DNA from: Fimbriosthenelais zetlandica
Lineage: Eukaryota
Assembly: GCA_977030845.1 (NCBI GenBank)
Contig: OZ365118.1
Span: forward strand, 16,306,001 to 16,370,000
Reading direction: 5' to 3'
Length of the DNA stretch: 64,000 bases
Below are positions 37,912-48,679 of this stretch, piece after piece. The position numbers were made by a program, and so were the translations under genes. The notes below the pieces were generated by a model, which was not told where the DNA came from, ran no database searches, and was given only the letters and a program-made list of their open reading frames with translations. Each line of letters begins with the position of its first letter. Position 1 is the stretch's first letter.

Positions 37912-39524
37912 CTTATATTAATGAGAGCGATAATCTTGCTTGTAGTTTGGGAGCGTCTGTTTGGGAGTGTCTGCAATCTTGCACCCCACCCATCATAAGC
38001 TAGTTATGTAATCCTAGGGCTGGAGACTCCAAACACGGAGGATCTACTCTGACCACTAGAATGTGGCGCCATCTGTCGGGAAACTACCGAAACTAGATTC
38101 AACACTAGGTGGCAGGGCAGTGTGTGTCCCTTTTGTCACTAACCTGATTCCAAACATAGCGCCCCATACTACTGAGTGTTATGACAGCGCCCCGTACCAC
38201 GACGCCACCCGCGGCATAAGCGTGAACTATCTTTCATTGCTAAGTCTATGGAAAAGGAGTTTTCGCCCCCTTTTTCGAATATTCAGCAGTTGCCTAGCCC
38301 CAGACGCCATGTATGCAGGTAGATATACATTTTATCTATTGAGATTTCCCATTTTGACTCCATTTAATTGTATTTTCTCTCAAAAACACTCTTTTTAATA
38401 TGCTCCTTGTCGTCAGTGCTAATTCAACGAGAGCAAACTTAAGGCATCATTTATAAAATATTTACCCACTTGTCTCATTTCGGATAAAACCTTTGGGTCA
38501 CATTGGGGCTGAACCCCATCCCTTTTTCACAAAATGCTGGATCCGCCCCTGGACTGCATCTTCTAGTTTAATATGCATGGTCTCGCTACTGCTTTGTCTG
38601 TTTTTATGGAGCAGTTGTCATTTTGAAGAAGCAGGATGTGTCCTGAATGATTCACAGGGGATCATCCTCACTCGGAAAGCTTTAGACCTCATTCAAAGAG
38701 ACAAGACTGAGGGCATGGGTCGGCAGGCATTCTCTGTCAGTGTTCATGCCTTGGCACCGGCAGTGTGGCCGCCTTCAAAATATATAATTTTTCTTCGCAT
38801 AACAAAAGTAATACATGAGCAACGAAGATATGTTTTCAGAGGCCTATAAAAAGAACTCTCGAAAAGATATCTGGAACTTTCCCTTTGAAAAGAGGCGAAC
38901 CATGAGTCATATTCAAACAAAGCATTCAAAACGTGAATTCATGCATTTTCATGAACGTATTGCTTGGAAGAAACCGATTATTCCCCCAAGAAATTCCAGG
39001 AGGGAATCAACCAGATTAATTTTTCATACACACATGTCCATCTCCGGGCACCATGCATGCTGAAGCAAATTATTATCAACTTACTGGGCCAAAGATGAAA
39101 TGGAGTGAAAAGGGCCTAACCCCTACTCCATTCCTATGCATACACATTAGGTATTAGGACATTTACCTTGAAGTGAAGAGAATAATTCAAAAGAATAAAA
39201 ATGAATCAGGAGTTGCCTTAGTGATTTCACAAAGTAGAATCCAAGTTTTTTACAGTAAGCGGTTAGGCAAACGTCTTACTAAATCACTATTCCTAAGGGA
39301 TATTATTGCTTGCCACTGGGATTTTAGCACTTGATACATTTTCGTACCAAGATTCATGACCAGAAAATGAGTCAGATTACCAATATAAGCTTCACATGTT
39401 CATCCTTCATATCACAGACAAAGCGGTCTAAACCAACATCATTCATTTCCCCTCCATTCAACTACTTGAACGTGAAAAGTTTCCTACTATTTGGTAACTC
39501 ATTCTAATCCCAACTCATCACGAC

Positions 39525-39625
39525 CACCGGAAGTGAGCAAATATTGACTCCCTCGCGCATGCGCCCCACAAATCAGAACCGAGGCACGGCGGATGTGGTT
39601 CAGGCCCCTCTAAAAGGGCGCCAAG
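39525..39625. promoter_or_regulatory. Promoter-like cluster (ETS + NRF1)
   Basis: CCGGAAGTG 39527-39535; GCGCATGCGC 39555-39564. Confidence 0.45.
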
Positions 39626-40454
39626 CAGAGAAAATGAGAGAAAGGGGCAGAGCAAGCTTAAAAGGGTCATGTTTAAGAGACATGTTTTTGGAGGGGGCTA
39701 TTGGCCCCCGTTTACAGTTTAAATATTGACGTTTCAAGGCCGTTATTTAAACTGTTGCTCGTTGGCAGAACCATCTGTGCATTTTGTCCTCTGCTGTTGG
39801 TCGGGTCAGGGTCAGGGTGGGTGTATTGTTAATGTAGCGGGTCAGCTCTGCCCTCTGGAAGAGGGGGCTGTCTTCAGGAAGTAATATGATAGCTAGGCTA
39901 TTTACTTTTGGCACGGTCAGTTTTTGCTCTGGATCCTTATTGCCTTTTGTTGGTCAGTAAAGGCATTCTGGGGTAGCGACCCGTGCCAAAAATATCTGGT
40001 GTGACATGGACAGTCCCCCAGACCAACGTTTTCTCGTTATTTCTCAACCAACCTATATATCATAATTCTTGCAAGAATTATAACATGTTATAAATCACCA
40101 TTGATTCCATAAACGTATTGCTTTATGGCATGGCATTCGTTTGGGTCCCTAGGGTTTGAATCAGGATTTCTGTTGTTAGTTCCGTTACTTACTTTCCCTT
40201 TCTCATCCTTTCCTCGTTTGCTTCAAGCCTTGAAAAAGTAAATAGCCATAAAAGCCGTTGACAAAGGAGAGGAGCAACTGAAGGCTGATGAAGGGAACAA
40301 GGATAGAAACACTTGAGAGAAGAAGCACTGAAAAGATTGCCCCACTCCATATGTACCTCTAGAGGGATAGATAGAGCATCACAAAGGGATCTAAAAATAA
40401 ATAGTCTGTCAAAAGACCACATGGTGAATTGAATCTAGAGCCACGGAGAAAAAC

Positions 40455-40550
40455 TCTGTCTCAATCCCCCTCTCAACTGTATCTCTTTCTCTCCTCCACA
40501 TGTCTATCTGCTAGCTCTCTCCTTTCTCAGTATCTCTGTCACTCTCACTC

Positions 40551-40585
<35 letters not shown>
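40455..40585. repeat. CT-rich tract ending in a pure (CT)n run (~40554-40585)
   Basis: Direct reading. Confidence 0.95.
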
Positions 40586-40588
<3 letters not shown>

Positions 40589-40810
40589 CATGTGACTCTC
40601 GCTCACGAGATTGGCGTGTTTCTGCCGTGCACCAAGTCATTTTCACAGGGAAAAATATAGTAAAGAAATATAGAGAATTCAATAATAAAAATGCCTCAAG
40701 GTTAAAGTGCGGTATTTGGAAAATGCTAACCTTGGTCCCAGATTCATACCGAGATGATTGATGACTAAAAAAACAGTCATAAAGAAATAGTACAATATGG
40801 ACATGAAAAT

Positions 40811-40929
40811 TAATCAAAAATTAAGTTAAACTTACGTTAGTAATTTGAAGCTTAATTAGGATTATACAAGCCATATAGGCTTATGGGGGGGTCAGGTGAG
40901 AAGGCGCTGGTGCGTGTGTAAGAGGTCAG
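40811..40929 (-). repeat. Right ITR (40860-40929) plus 49-bp right extension (40811-40859) of the DIRS element
   Basis: Ends ...TTTTTGATTA on the - strand; its outer 88 bp are perfectly complementary to the ICR. Confidence 0.88.
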
Positions 40930-41080
40930 CATTTAATCATCCCGGAGAAGTGATCCTAACCAATTGGGTCAGGAATTTGTCAGTTTTATCCCCTACATCT
41001 AAAACTGAAATGTAGCTAGCTTCATACTAGCTATTTGGTCCCAAGTAGATCTATACTTGAGACGGGTAGGGTGAGGTGGG

Positions 41081-41207
41081 CACCTGACCCCCCCATAAGC
41101 CTATATGGCTTGTATAATCCTAATTAAGCTTCAAATTACTAACGTAAGTTTAACTTAATTTTTGATTATACTTCGCCCCATAGGCTACTAGGGGGCGACA
41201 GGTGAGA
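41081..41207 (+). repeat. Internal complementary region (ICR): the + strand reads as the circle junction (right end + left start overlapping at GATTA, 41164-41168)
   Basis: Exact match to both termini as listed for the element. Confidence 0.88.
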
Positions 41208-41479
41208 TTTTAACTTATTAGGGGAACTTCTCCGGGACTTCTACTATATGACATATAGATAGGTCCTAGTAGGAATAATTTTCCTCTTTTTCAGGATGAA
41301 TTTAACGAGGAACTCGACCTAGTGATTTTGTTCATCATAAAGTACTAGGTTTCTTTCAAATTATGAGCTTTAAGTTATCACTTATAATTGGAGTTGATAT
41401 TGATATCAATTGGGTTATCACTAGCTATCAGATCATCTTTATGATCATTAGTGATTTTATTTTAGGGAAGCAGTGGAGT

Positions 41480-41900
41480 TGGTCTTTATTTGGAAACTTG
41501 GGTTTCATTCATGCGAGCATGACCAAGCCTCCTGACATGATAGAACCTTTGTCCTTAAGCTTTCATGAGACGTTATGGAGATCAATTCTCCAATGTAGAG
41601 GTGTATCATAATTTAACTAATTACGAAAGCATTTGGACATGCAATATCTGTCTATAATATGGATATACTAGTATATATTGGACTATGCCAACACTTTTTT
41701 GCCTAAATATTTTAGGTCGACTCTACTTGTTTCACAGTACCGGTATTCATGGGAACACAAGTTCAAGGTTCACACAGATGTGTGGCTTTTTACAAGTAAT
41801 TGTGTCACCCTGAGCATCAATAAGGTATGGAAGAACTTTATGGCATCTTGTCATATCGTGTTCGAGTGAGGTAAAGCTGGAAGCACCTTCCAACTCTAGC
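41480..41900 (-). pseudogene. Possible tyrosine recombinase remnant
   Basis: FFHTLLMLRVTQLL (box I-like LR.SEL) near 41790-41840; SHESLR / YHVRRLG (H-x-x-R-like) near 41520-41570 in other frames; the position just before the ICR is as expected. Weak. Confidence 0.28.
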
Positions 41901-42118
41901 TTACACCTACTACCACGATTCCACAGTGTCTGTCCAGGACGTTTCGGATGCTCGCATGGTATTTAGATGAGGTACATATACAAGTACTGTTAATTTTTTG
42001 ACAGAGTCTTAGGCAGGGCGGACATTGTAAGGTGTGAGGGGCCAATGTCGTTATTACTGCAAGTATGAAGGAAATATACTGCGGCCAGAAATTACAACAG
42101 GCTGTGGTGGGAATTTGG

Positions 42119-42667
42119 TTAAAAGACATACAATTTTCTGTAGATGTATTGAGGACATGCCGGGAGATGTGAATGGATTATAGGGTCCTTGCGATTGGGG
42201 GATGATAACATTTTTTGACTTTTTAAGTCCCGTGATCTTAATTTTTTAGATCTAAAATATACGCTTTTGGACAATGGATAGTTGGATAAATTAGCCAGTT
42301 AAATAATCGAAATTTCGCCAGTAATATCGCCGGCAATGACGTCAGTAAACTTAAAACTTTTTAGGACCTTTTGGACCTTTTTAAGCGCTTAAATCTTTAC
42401 ATGCCGTGTGGGAACCCCGGAATAGTGAGTCATCCAGAAGTTTTGAAGTTTCTTAACTGGTCTTAAAGATGTTAGACCACAGGTAATTCTTCCAGCCCTG
42501 GTCGTTAGTCTTACTCGAATAGGGCAATTCCCCTTCTTTCGAATAGAAGACTTGCCTCAATCTCCAGTTTCGTCTGGAAACATTGAATTAAATTCTTGGT
42601 TTTCTTTGCTCACAGCTTATGTGGGGTTTTCATGGGAGTCAAAAATAAATGTAAACATGTCGTTTAT
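42119..42667 (-). pseudogene. Degenerate frame resembling the DIRS1 methyltransferase-like (MT) region
   Basis: 183 codons, 4 internal stops; DMFTFIFDSHEN...FNSMFPDE resembles the DLFAS..N....F.S..PD motif and lies downstream of RT as expected. Confidence 0.35.
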
Positions 42668-43633
42668 TTAATAGGAGGGAGAGCACAGTTTTATTATATG
42701 TTCCTGTGAATAAGTATTACTGATGGGGCCTCTTCACTGGGTAGACCTGGGAGATGATTACATTTTTGTGGTAGTCTTGAATGATGTTAGATTATTTAGG
42801 ATTACCGTGTAATCATAGCCAAAGTGGCTATAATTGGTTCTTCAGGTTCCAGGAGTATTCAGGTAAGAGGTATAGAAGGACTGATTCACTGGGTATATAG
42901 TGCTAAAGAGTGCCTTAGAATAACAAACATAGGGTCCTATGATGAGGACAGTTTCCCTGCGTGATAATCATTTACTATGATAAGGGATTTAGATTAAGTT
43001 TATAGGTTGCTGCCTAGGCAATGTTTCCAAAATAGGAAAATTAACATACTAGGATCTATATCAATTTGGCCAAGCTCATTTAGTTCAATACAGTGACATG
43101 TATAATCGATTTATATCGATACGTTTGACCGTTTGATCGTGAAGGTTTCACGAGGGAGTACCACTGTGGCTATTAGTGGTTTTATTTTACGTAAAAGGGT
43201 ATTCGGATAACGATTGGAGTATCAGTTTAGTTATCATTTCAAGGCTCGTCATTGAGTTAAATTTTGTCCTGTTTTCCCAGGAAAGTTTCCATAACTGACA
43301 AGTAATTGAGTAACTTTATATCCAATGTCAAGAAATAAGGCAGATTATAGTTGGATGAGTTGGGACAGAGGCGAGTCTGTACTATAATGTGGGTCTGCAG
43401 AACGACAGATAATACATTTTTTGATAGTAGGTTTCTGTTCAGGGTCTATTATGTTTTCTAGAAACACTTAGAAATGGTTCTGAATCATTCAGTGTTGTGT
43501 ACTTAAAAAAACCTACTCATCAAGCCTGAGCTTGAGTGTAATATTTGTCACTCGAGTTATACGTTAATTCACATCAATTTCTGAGGACTGATGGGGGTCT
43601 ACATTGTCTATATTCTCTGATGTCTAGTAAACG

Positions 43634-44371
43634 TCAAGATGAGATACGAATGGCCCAATGCATAGATGCATGCATGTCTAAGACATAAATCATAAAGACT
43701 TCATCTTCCAGACTTTGTAAAGAACGCTTCAGGTCAAAGCGTAACTTATAAGTTGATCTCTTTATTATAATTGTTACGAGTAGGGATTTCCGTGACCTAA
43801 TATAAGAAGACGTAGTGAATGAATGGTCATTGAGTCCCATGCCAGGCGATGAGGCTGTATTTATAGCGAGTAACGCTTGTGATATTGAAGGGGTAAACCC
43901 TTAGATCCCATGAGAGAAACTCAGTTTTAATTGGAGTATGACTGAAGTGGATGTCCTTAGACAGTAGAATAAATTAGTTATTCTATTGAATATACCAGTA
44001 AGTTTCACACTGAAATAATCAGGGCTTATATTACTTATGTCGCTAAACTCGATGTTCGATCTTGATTTTAAAGGGTCTGAGATACATTTACTGTCCACGT
44101 AAATACACTAAGCCACGACCCATAGACAGGGAGGACCTGTGAAGGGTTTAGGGAAAAGAGCGCCTTGTTTAAGACAAATGCTTAATGTAAGGAAAGTTTT
44201 TTGATGTAAACTTATATTGTATTGGACTATCTCGGAGTCCGTCTTAAGGTCCGCTTTTAATGGGCCCAAGAAAATCATTATTATTATTGTTCTTCTATAC
44301 GTGAGTATAAGTATGAGGGTGCTTCCTTCCAATATCTTGATATTAACCTCTAAAGAAAGGGAAAAATGGCG
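43634..44371 (-). pseudogene. Degenerate DIRS-type reverse transcriptase frame
   Basis: Three ORF-track ORFs (44108-44332, 43901-44098, 43634-43840) are one frame: 246 codons with only two internal stops in AT-rich DNA. Motif resemblances in order: EGSTLILIL (cf. DGS.R.ILDL), KADLKTD...SLHQKTFL (cf. K.DLKDAY...SHQKFL), KPFTGPP (cf. LPFG...P), CIYVDS (cf. YLDD, second Asp lost). By-eye alignment only. Confidence 0.6.
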
Positions 44372-44666
44372 TTAAGTTCTATGAAGGTTGCTGATTGTAA
44401 TTATATAGGGAACAGGACTGTAATTTCCGTCATATATCAGCCAACTTGTCTGGCGATTCGGACTTTGCTGGTAGGATCTCTCCTATCGGATTATCATACA
44501 GTTGTTGATCATCTTGTCCTATAATCGCGGTGGCTCGGGGGGTACCGCACAACTCCGGACACTGTCTGAGTGGCTGTGGGCACAGGGGTTAGACTGTGTT
44601 GAAAGGTAGTATTAGGTGAAAATGCAGTTTCTAAGTGACGTTTTCTTTAAGGAACCTGTTGATGTT

Positions 44667-44888
44667 GGTTTAATTTCTGTTAATTAATAGGATTAATTAC
44701 TAACTGTCCATAAATAAACCATCTCCAAGTATGGTTTAATTTCTGTTAATTAATTGGATTAATTACCAACTGTCCATAAGTAAACCATCTCCCTGTATGG
44801 TTTAATTTCTGTTAATTAATAGGATTAATTACCAACTGTCCACAATTAAACCATCTCCAAGTATGGTTTAATTTCTGTTAATTAATAG
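44667..44888. repeat. 66-bp tandem repeat x ~3.4 inside the DIRS element
   Basis: Units start at 44667, 44733, 44799 and 44865 (ggtttaatttctgttaattaataggattaattaccaactgtcc...aaaccatctccaagtat), with a few substitutions between units. Confidence 0.95.
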
Positions 44889-46012
44889 AATGAAATTCAG
44901 TAAACCATTCTCAGGTCAGTCTAATTAGGGAGTTGAGAAGAATCGTCCTAGGTATTGTAGGCCTATTGGAATAATAAGGCCGTAGTACAGCACATGTGGA
45001 GAAGGTAGCACTGTCTCCTGCATCGTCCGAGTCGAGGGTGTAGGTATAATTCGCTATCACAACTGCATAACAATGCTGCTCAATGATACGTAATTCACTG
45101 TAAAAAATGGATCATTTTGAAGGAATTTGTCTCATCTTACTGTTGGTACCTTTCTGTATATTGGGTACCTTCAGATGGTGGTCCTATGAATTTGTGTTTA
45201 GATATTCATATCTTTTATGGACGTAAATGTCCGAAATATATTATTGAATTGAAGTGAAATTGTTGCGACACCCTGTAAGTGAACGGTACCGGTACTATTT
45301 ATGTACCAATGGTCAACAAGGTGTTGAAGCGTGGTTACAGTCCGCTACTATACGGTTCTGTTATGTAACACAATCAATTCGACAACGAGGTCACAATGGC
45401 TGTCAACTTGTCCTTGAGTTCACAGTAATGTAGAGTGTGAAATACCAAAATGATATATACATAAACGGGTCTGGAAGTCAGGGCCCATTTAGAGATAGAA
45501 ATCCACTCTTTTAGTAGAGGGATGGTCACACATTTAATTTGTCGTAGTTATGGCTATTGCCATTTTTGTACAACACATTACCTTGAGGTTTTGGACTTCT
45601 CTCCTTCTCCTCCTGCGACTGTGATAAGAGGGAGCCAATCCTGCCAAGTAATTGACGGCAGAAGTCGGTCTATATTCTGCTAGCTGGAGCCAGAACATTT
45701 CATGGTGCAAGGTCAGTTATAGCCTTGCTTCACAGCGTTCTCTTCTTCATAGCCTAGCCTTTGGACTCTTACGAGTCAACGATAGTAACCCCGCGGTTAT
45801 ATCGCCCTTGTCTCAAAAAACACCCAACAAATGACAAGTGTCTCTCCCCGTCTCCAAAACCTTGAGAAGCTCGAAGGCAGGAGTTGTATAAATGTAGAAT
45901 AGGCTCTTGGGGAGAGCAAGGCATGGTTGGTACACCGTCGGTATAGTTGAAAGTATCCACGTCCATTGATGGCAATCAAAATGCGACCTGCTTGTTCCAC
46001 GAACTCAGCTAA

Positions 46013-46084
46013 CTGACCTCTTACACACGCACCAGCGCCTTCTCACCTGTCGCCCCCTAGTAGCCTATGGGGCGAAGTATAATC
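46013..46084 (-). repeat. Left inverted terminal repeat of the DIRS element (begins GATTATACTTCGCCCC on the - strand)
   Basis: Inner 37 bp identical to the right ITR; outer 35 bp homologous but different (gattatac...ataggct...ggggg shared). Confidence 0.88.
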
Positions 46085-46739
46085 CATATTCATACAGTGC
46101 TATAATATATACTAGTCTAATAAATGACAGTATACCTGTACAATTCAATATGCTTTCCCCTATATATTGATTCCTTTCAGATTCAGACAATACTTTCTTT
46201 TGAAAGGGAGTAGGCCTAGTCCATCAAGAGAGGAACCTTAGAGACCATGTCGTCTGTTTGGCCTTCCCACACTTGCTGTCCAATGCAATTATTCCCCAAT
46301 TAATACAGAGCTACAACCTGTCATTTACATGTAGTTGCATGTAATTTATGCCATTACAATAACCCTGTAATTAGGCTATCTATCTGACAGGTGTCCTTTA
46401 ACGTGATTCTCAAGGAAGGGGCGTGTGGACTTAACCTTTGTCCTCATGACAAATCCTATGTAAATTCATTATAATATAAAATACATCAGGTCTTTAAAAT
46501 GCTTCATTTTATCCACTGGCCTGGAAGATTGAATTCTTAAGGTACTTCGGCAGAAAGCCCATTAAAATACATCTCAATTCTAGGTTCACAAAATGGAGCC
46601 TTCAATAAATGGTTGACCTTTCCTTGTCAAAGCATTGCACAAATCTTGGGCATCAGGGAAAGGAATACACATCCCTCAAGAAAAGAACCCCCTCGGAGGT
46701 TTTTCCTACCCTGCAGCTATAATTAAAAGTCCTCATCAT

Positions 46740-46970
46740 TGCTGCGCATGCTCGACTGGTTCTGGATGCTGATTGGATAACCCCGCCTCCTGTCATATCC
46801 TCTAATACTATACTGATTACGTCACACCTTTGTGATCTTCCTCACCAAAGACGCACCAAATAGTGACGTCATACTATAATCTAATGATCCTGATGACAGT
46901 GTTGGGTTCTTGACCCGGAAGTTATTGGTAGTTCAAGCGGAAGGGAAAGGAATGGGCGGCGCTTTTTTGT
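46740..46970. promoter_or_regulatory. CpG-rich promoter-like motif cluster
   Basis: GCGCATGC, ATTGG x2, CCCCGCC, TTACGTCA, TGACGTCA, CCGGAAGT, GCGGAAG and GGGCGG within ~230 bp. Confidence 0.5.
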
Positions 46971-48679
46971 CTGCCGTTGTTTGTGTCGAGAGAGTAAATT
47001 ACAGACTTTGATGTTTGACACTTCGTAGTAATTATGTTGTTTGAATAACACATGTAATTACTTTTGTTCTGCAGCTCTCGACTTTTCGTATGAGCTTTTT
47101 CAGAACATACATGAAATTCCACCACACTTGGAGAGAACAAAATACTCATAAGAGTACATGAGAAATGCAGATAGAGGTATATATATATGTCCTGTGCAGT
47201 GATGTGAAGGGGTCAGGTCATAATTTAAATCTTATCTCAATTATCACGCCCCACCTCTTCCAAGGTCCAGCCATGTTCTTACTGACCCCACCCACATAAT
47301 TCAGACAGGATTTGTGTAATCCATACTTGCGTACACGCAATTTCTTGGGAAAGTCCTTCCGAAGTGCTTACAGAGCTCCGGAAAAATGTGTCCTCCAATG
47401 AAGTGCTTTTAAAATAATCCGGAATATGCCTTATTGAAAGACTATGAAAATGACATCAAGATTCCAACATGGTGTATTATAATAGAGCATGAGCGGATGG
47501 CGAGGTACAACAATTGGAAGGACTAAATTGTGATACACATTGTAGGTAAAACTTACGAACCAATATCCATGAAAGTCTTCATCTTTCACACATTCAGAAC
47601 TTCTGCGGCATCAAAAATTAAGCCCAGACGAAGAGAGCCAGTGAGAGAGATAAGTCCACTGGCAAAATAATGTGGACATTTAGAGAGAAATTCAATGAGA
47701 AGAATTATCTTAGTGCATTTGGATTAAGGAAAGAAGGATCGGTAAGAAGGAAAGCATGGGATTTTGGGCGGGTATGGGGATATATGGAGGATGTGTGTGG
47801 GATGATCCGCCTATAGAGCAGTACATGCATGGATGTCTTCCACTGTCAGGTGTGTACAGGTGCGTGTAAATAGAGACTAATACAAATTGACCCCAAAATC
47901 AGCGGGGCAGGAGGGCAGATAGTGTCCAGACCGCACGTAGCTGGGGACTTCCCTAATATTACAATATAAGACTTATGTGGCAGATATCTGGTCCCAAATG
48001 GATTTTTTTCCGATGAAAAAATTGTGTTTCAATGAAAAAAATCGAATGAGTATGTTTGACCATGCATACACCTATAGACAATTCCCAAGCGTGTCTTAAG
48101 CAAAATGGAGATATCTCTCTCAAATTTAATCGCATCTTGACCCATCCAACATAATTTAAAGCTACATGGATGAAGCCTATAGAGATTGGGACAGAGCAAT
48201 TATAATTATTATCGTTCAAAAGAAAACGGGGTGGCGATACAAGTTGTTGATTAGTGGGTAAGGGTGGTTGTGATGGGGTATCTACGTCTAAATCTCATTG
48301 TTTAAGTTGTAATAACCTGCCATGTCTGGCTACACCAGGAATGTTGTCCCCTCTCTCTCTATGCCTACTATACAACTTAAGATTGGTTTTAATGACTTTA
48401 ATTACAATGAGTCGTATTCTTTGATCGCTTCTTCTTGTGAAGAATGTCAAACGCTTACTGCATTCAAAGTAAGTTCATTAATTTCCTGAGGGGTCAAGAA
48501 ATGTATAATCATTCCTTTTGTTAGTTTTCAGAATGTGTATGTCTAATTATAATTTGCATAATTGTTTTGCACACCTGTGATGATTTTAAGGATTTGAGTC
48601 AAGAACTTAAAGTTCTACCATAGATGTGTTGCAAGGGGAAAAGTGTGATCGAAATGGATCTCATTATTTCGTAAAGAGG

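Larger units (their letters stand above)
40811..46084 (-). mobile_element. DIRS1-type tyrosine-recombinase retrotransposon, full size (5274 bp), coding degenerate
   Basis: Seen directly: 40811-40898 is the exact reverse complement of 41081-41168 (88/88); 46041-46084 of 41164-41207 (44/44); 40893-40929 of 46013-46049 (37/37). This is the lITR / ICR / rITR + extension layout of DIRS1 elements. The - strand carries RT-like, then MT-like, then weak YR-like remnants in DIRS order. Confidence 0.88.

Noticed and set aside
41700-42130. Penelope GIY-YIG endonuclease (CPPCLRLCQK..., TITCKK...)
   Set aside because: The resemblance needs frameshifts, lacks the Y-x-G-E-T core, and conflicts with the DIRS layout.
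43330-43420. Gag-like zinc knuckle CIICRSADPHYSTDS
   Set aside because: Wrong spacing, last Cys missing, and located downstream of RT where gag is not expected.
41164-46084. A 4.9-kb DNA transposon with 44-bp TIRs next to a separate 358-bp foldback MITE
   Set aside because: No target-site duplication. The 37-bp match between 40893-40929 and 46013-46049 and the GATTA overlap are explained together only by the DIRS ITR/ICR model.
40811-46084. Endogenous densovirus/parvovirus (hairpin ITRs, ~5 kb)
   Set aside because: No convincing SF3 helicase, HUH or capsid motifs; the coding remnant is RT-like.
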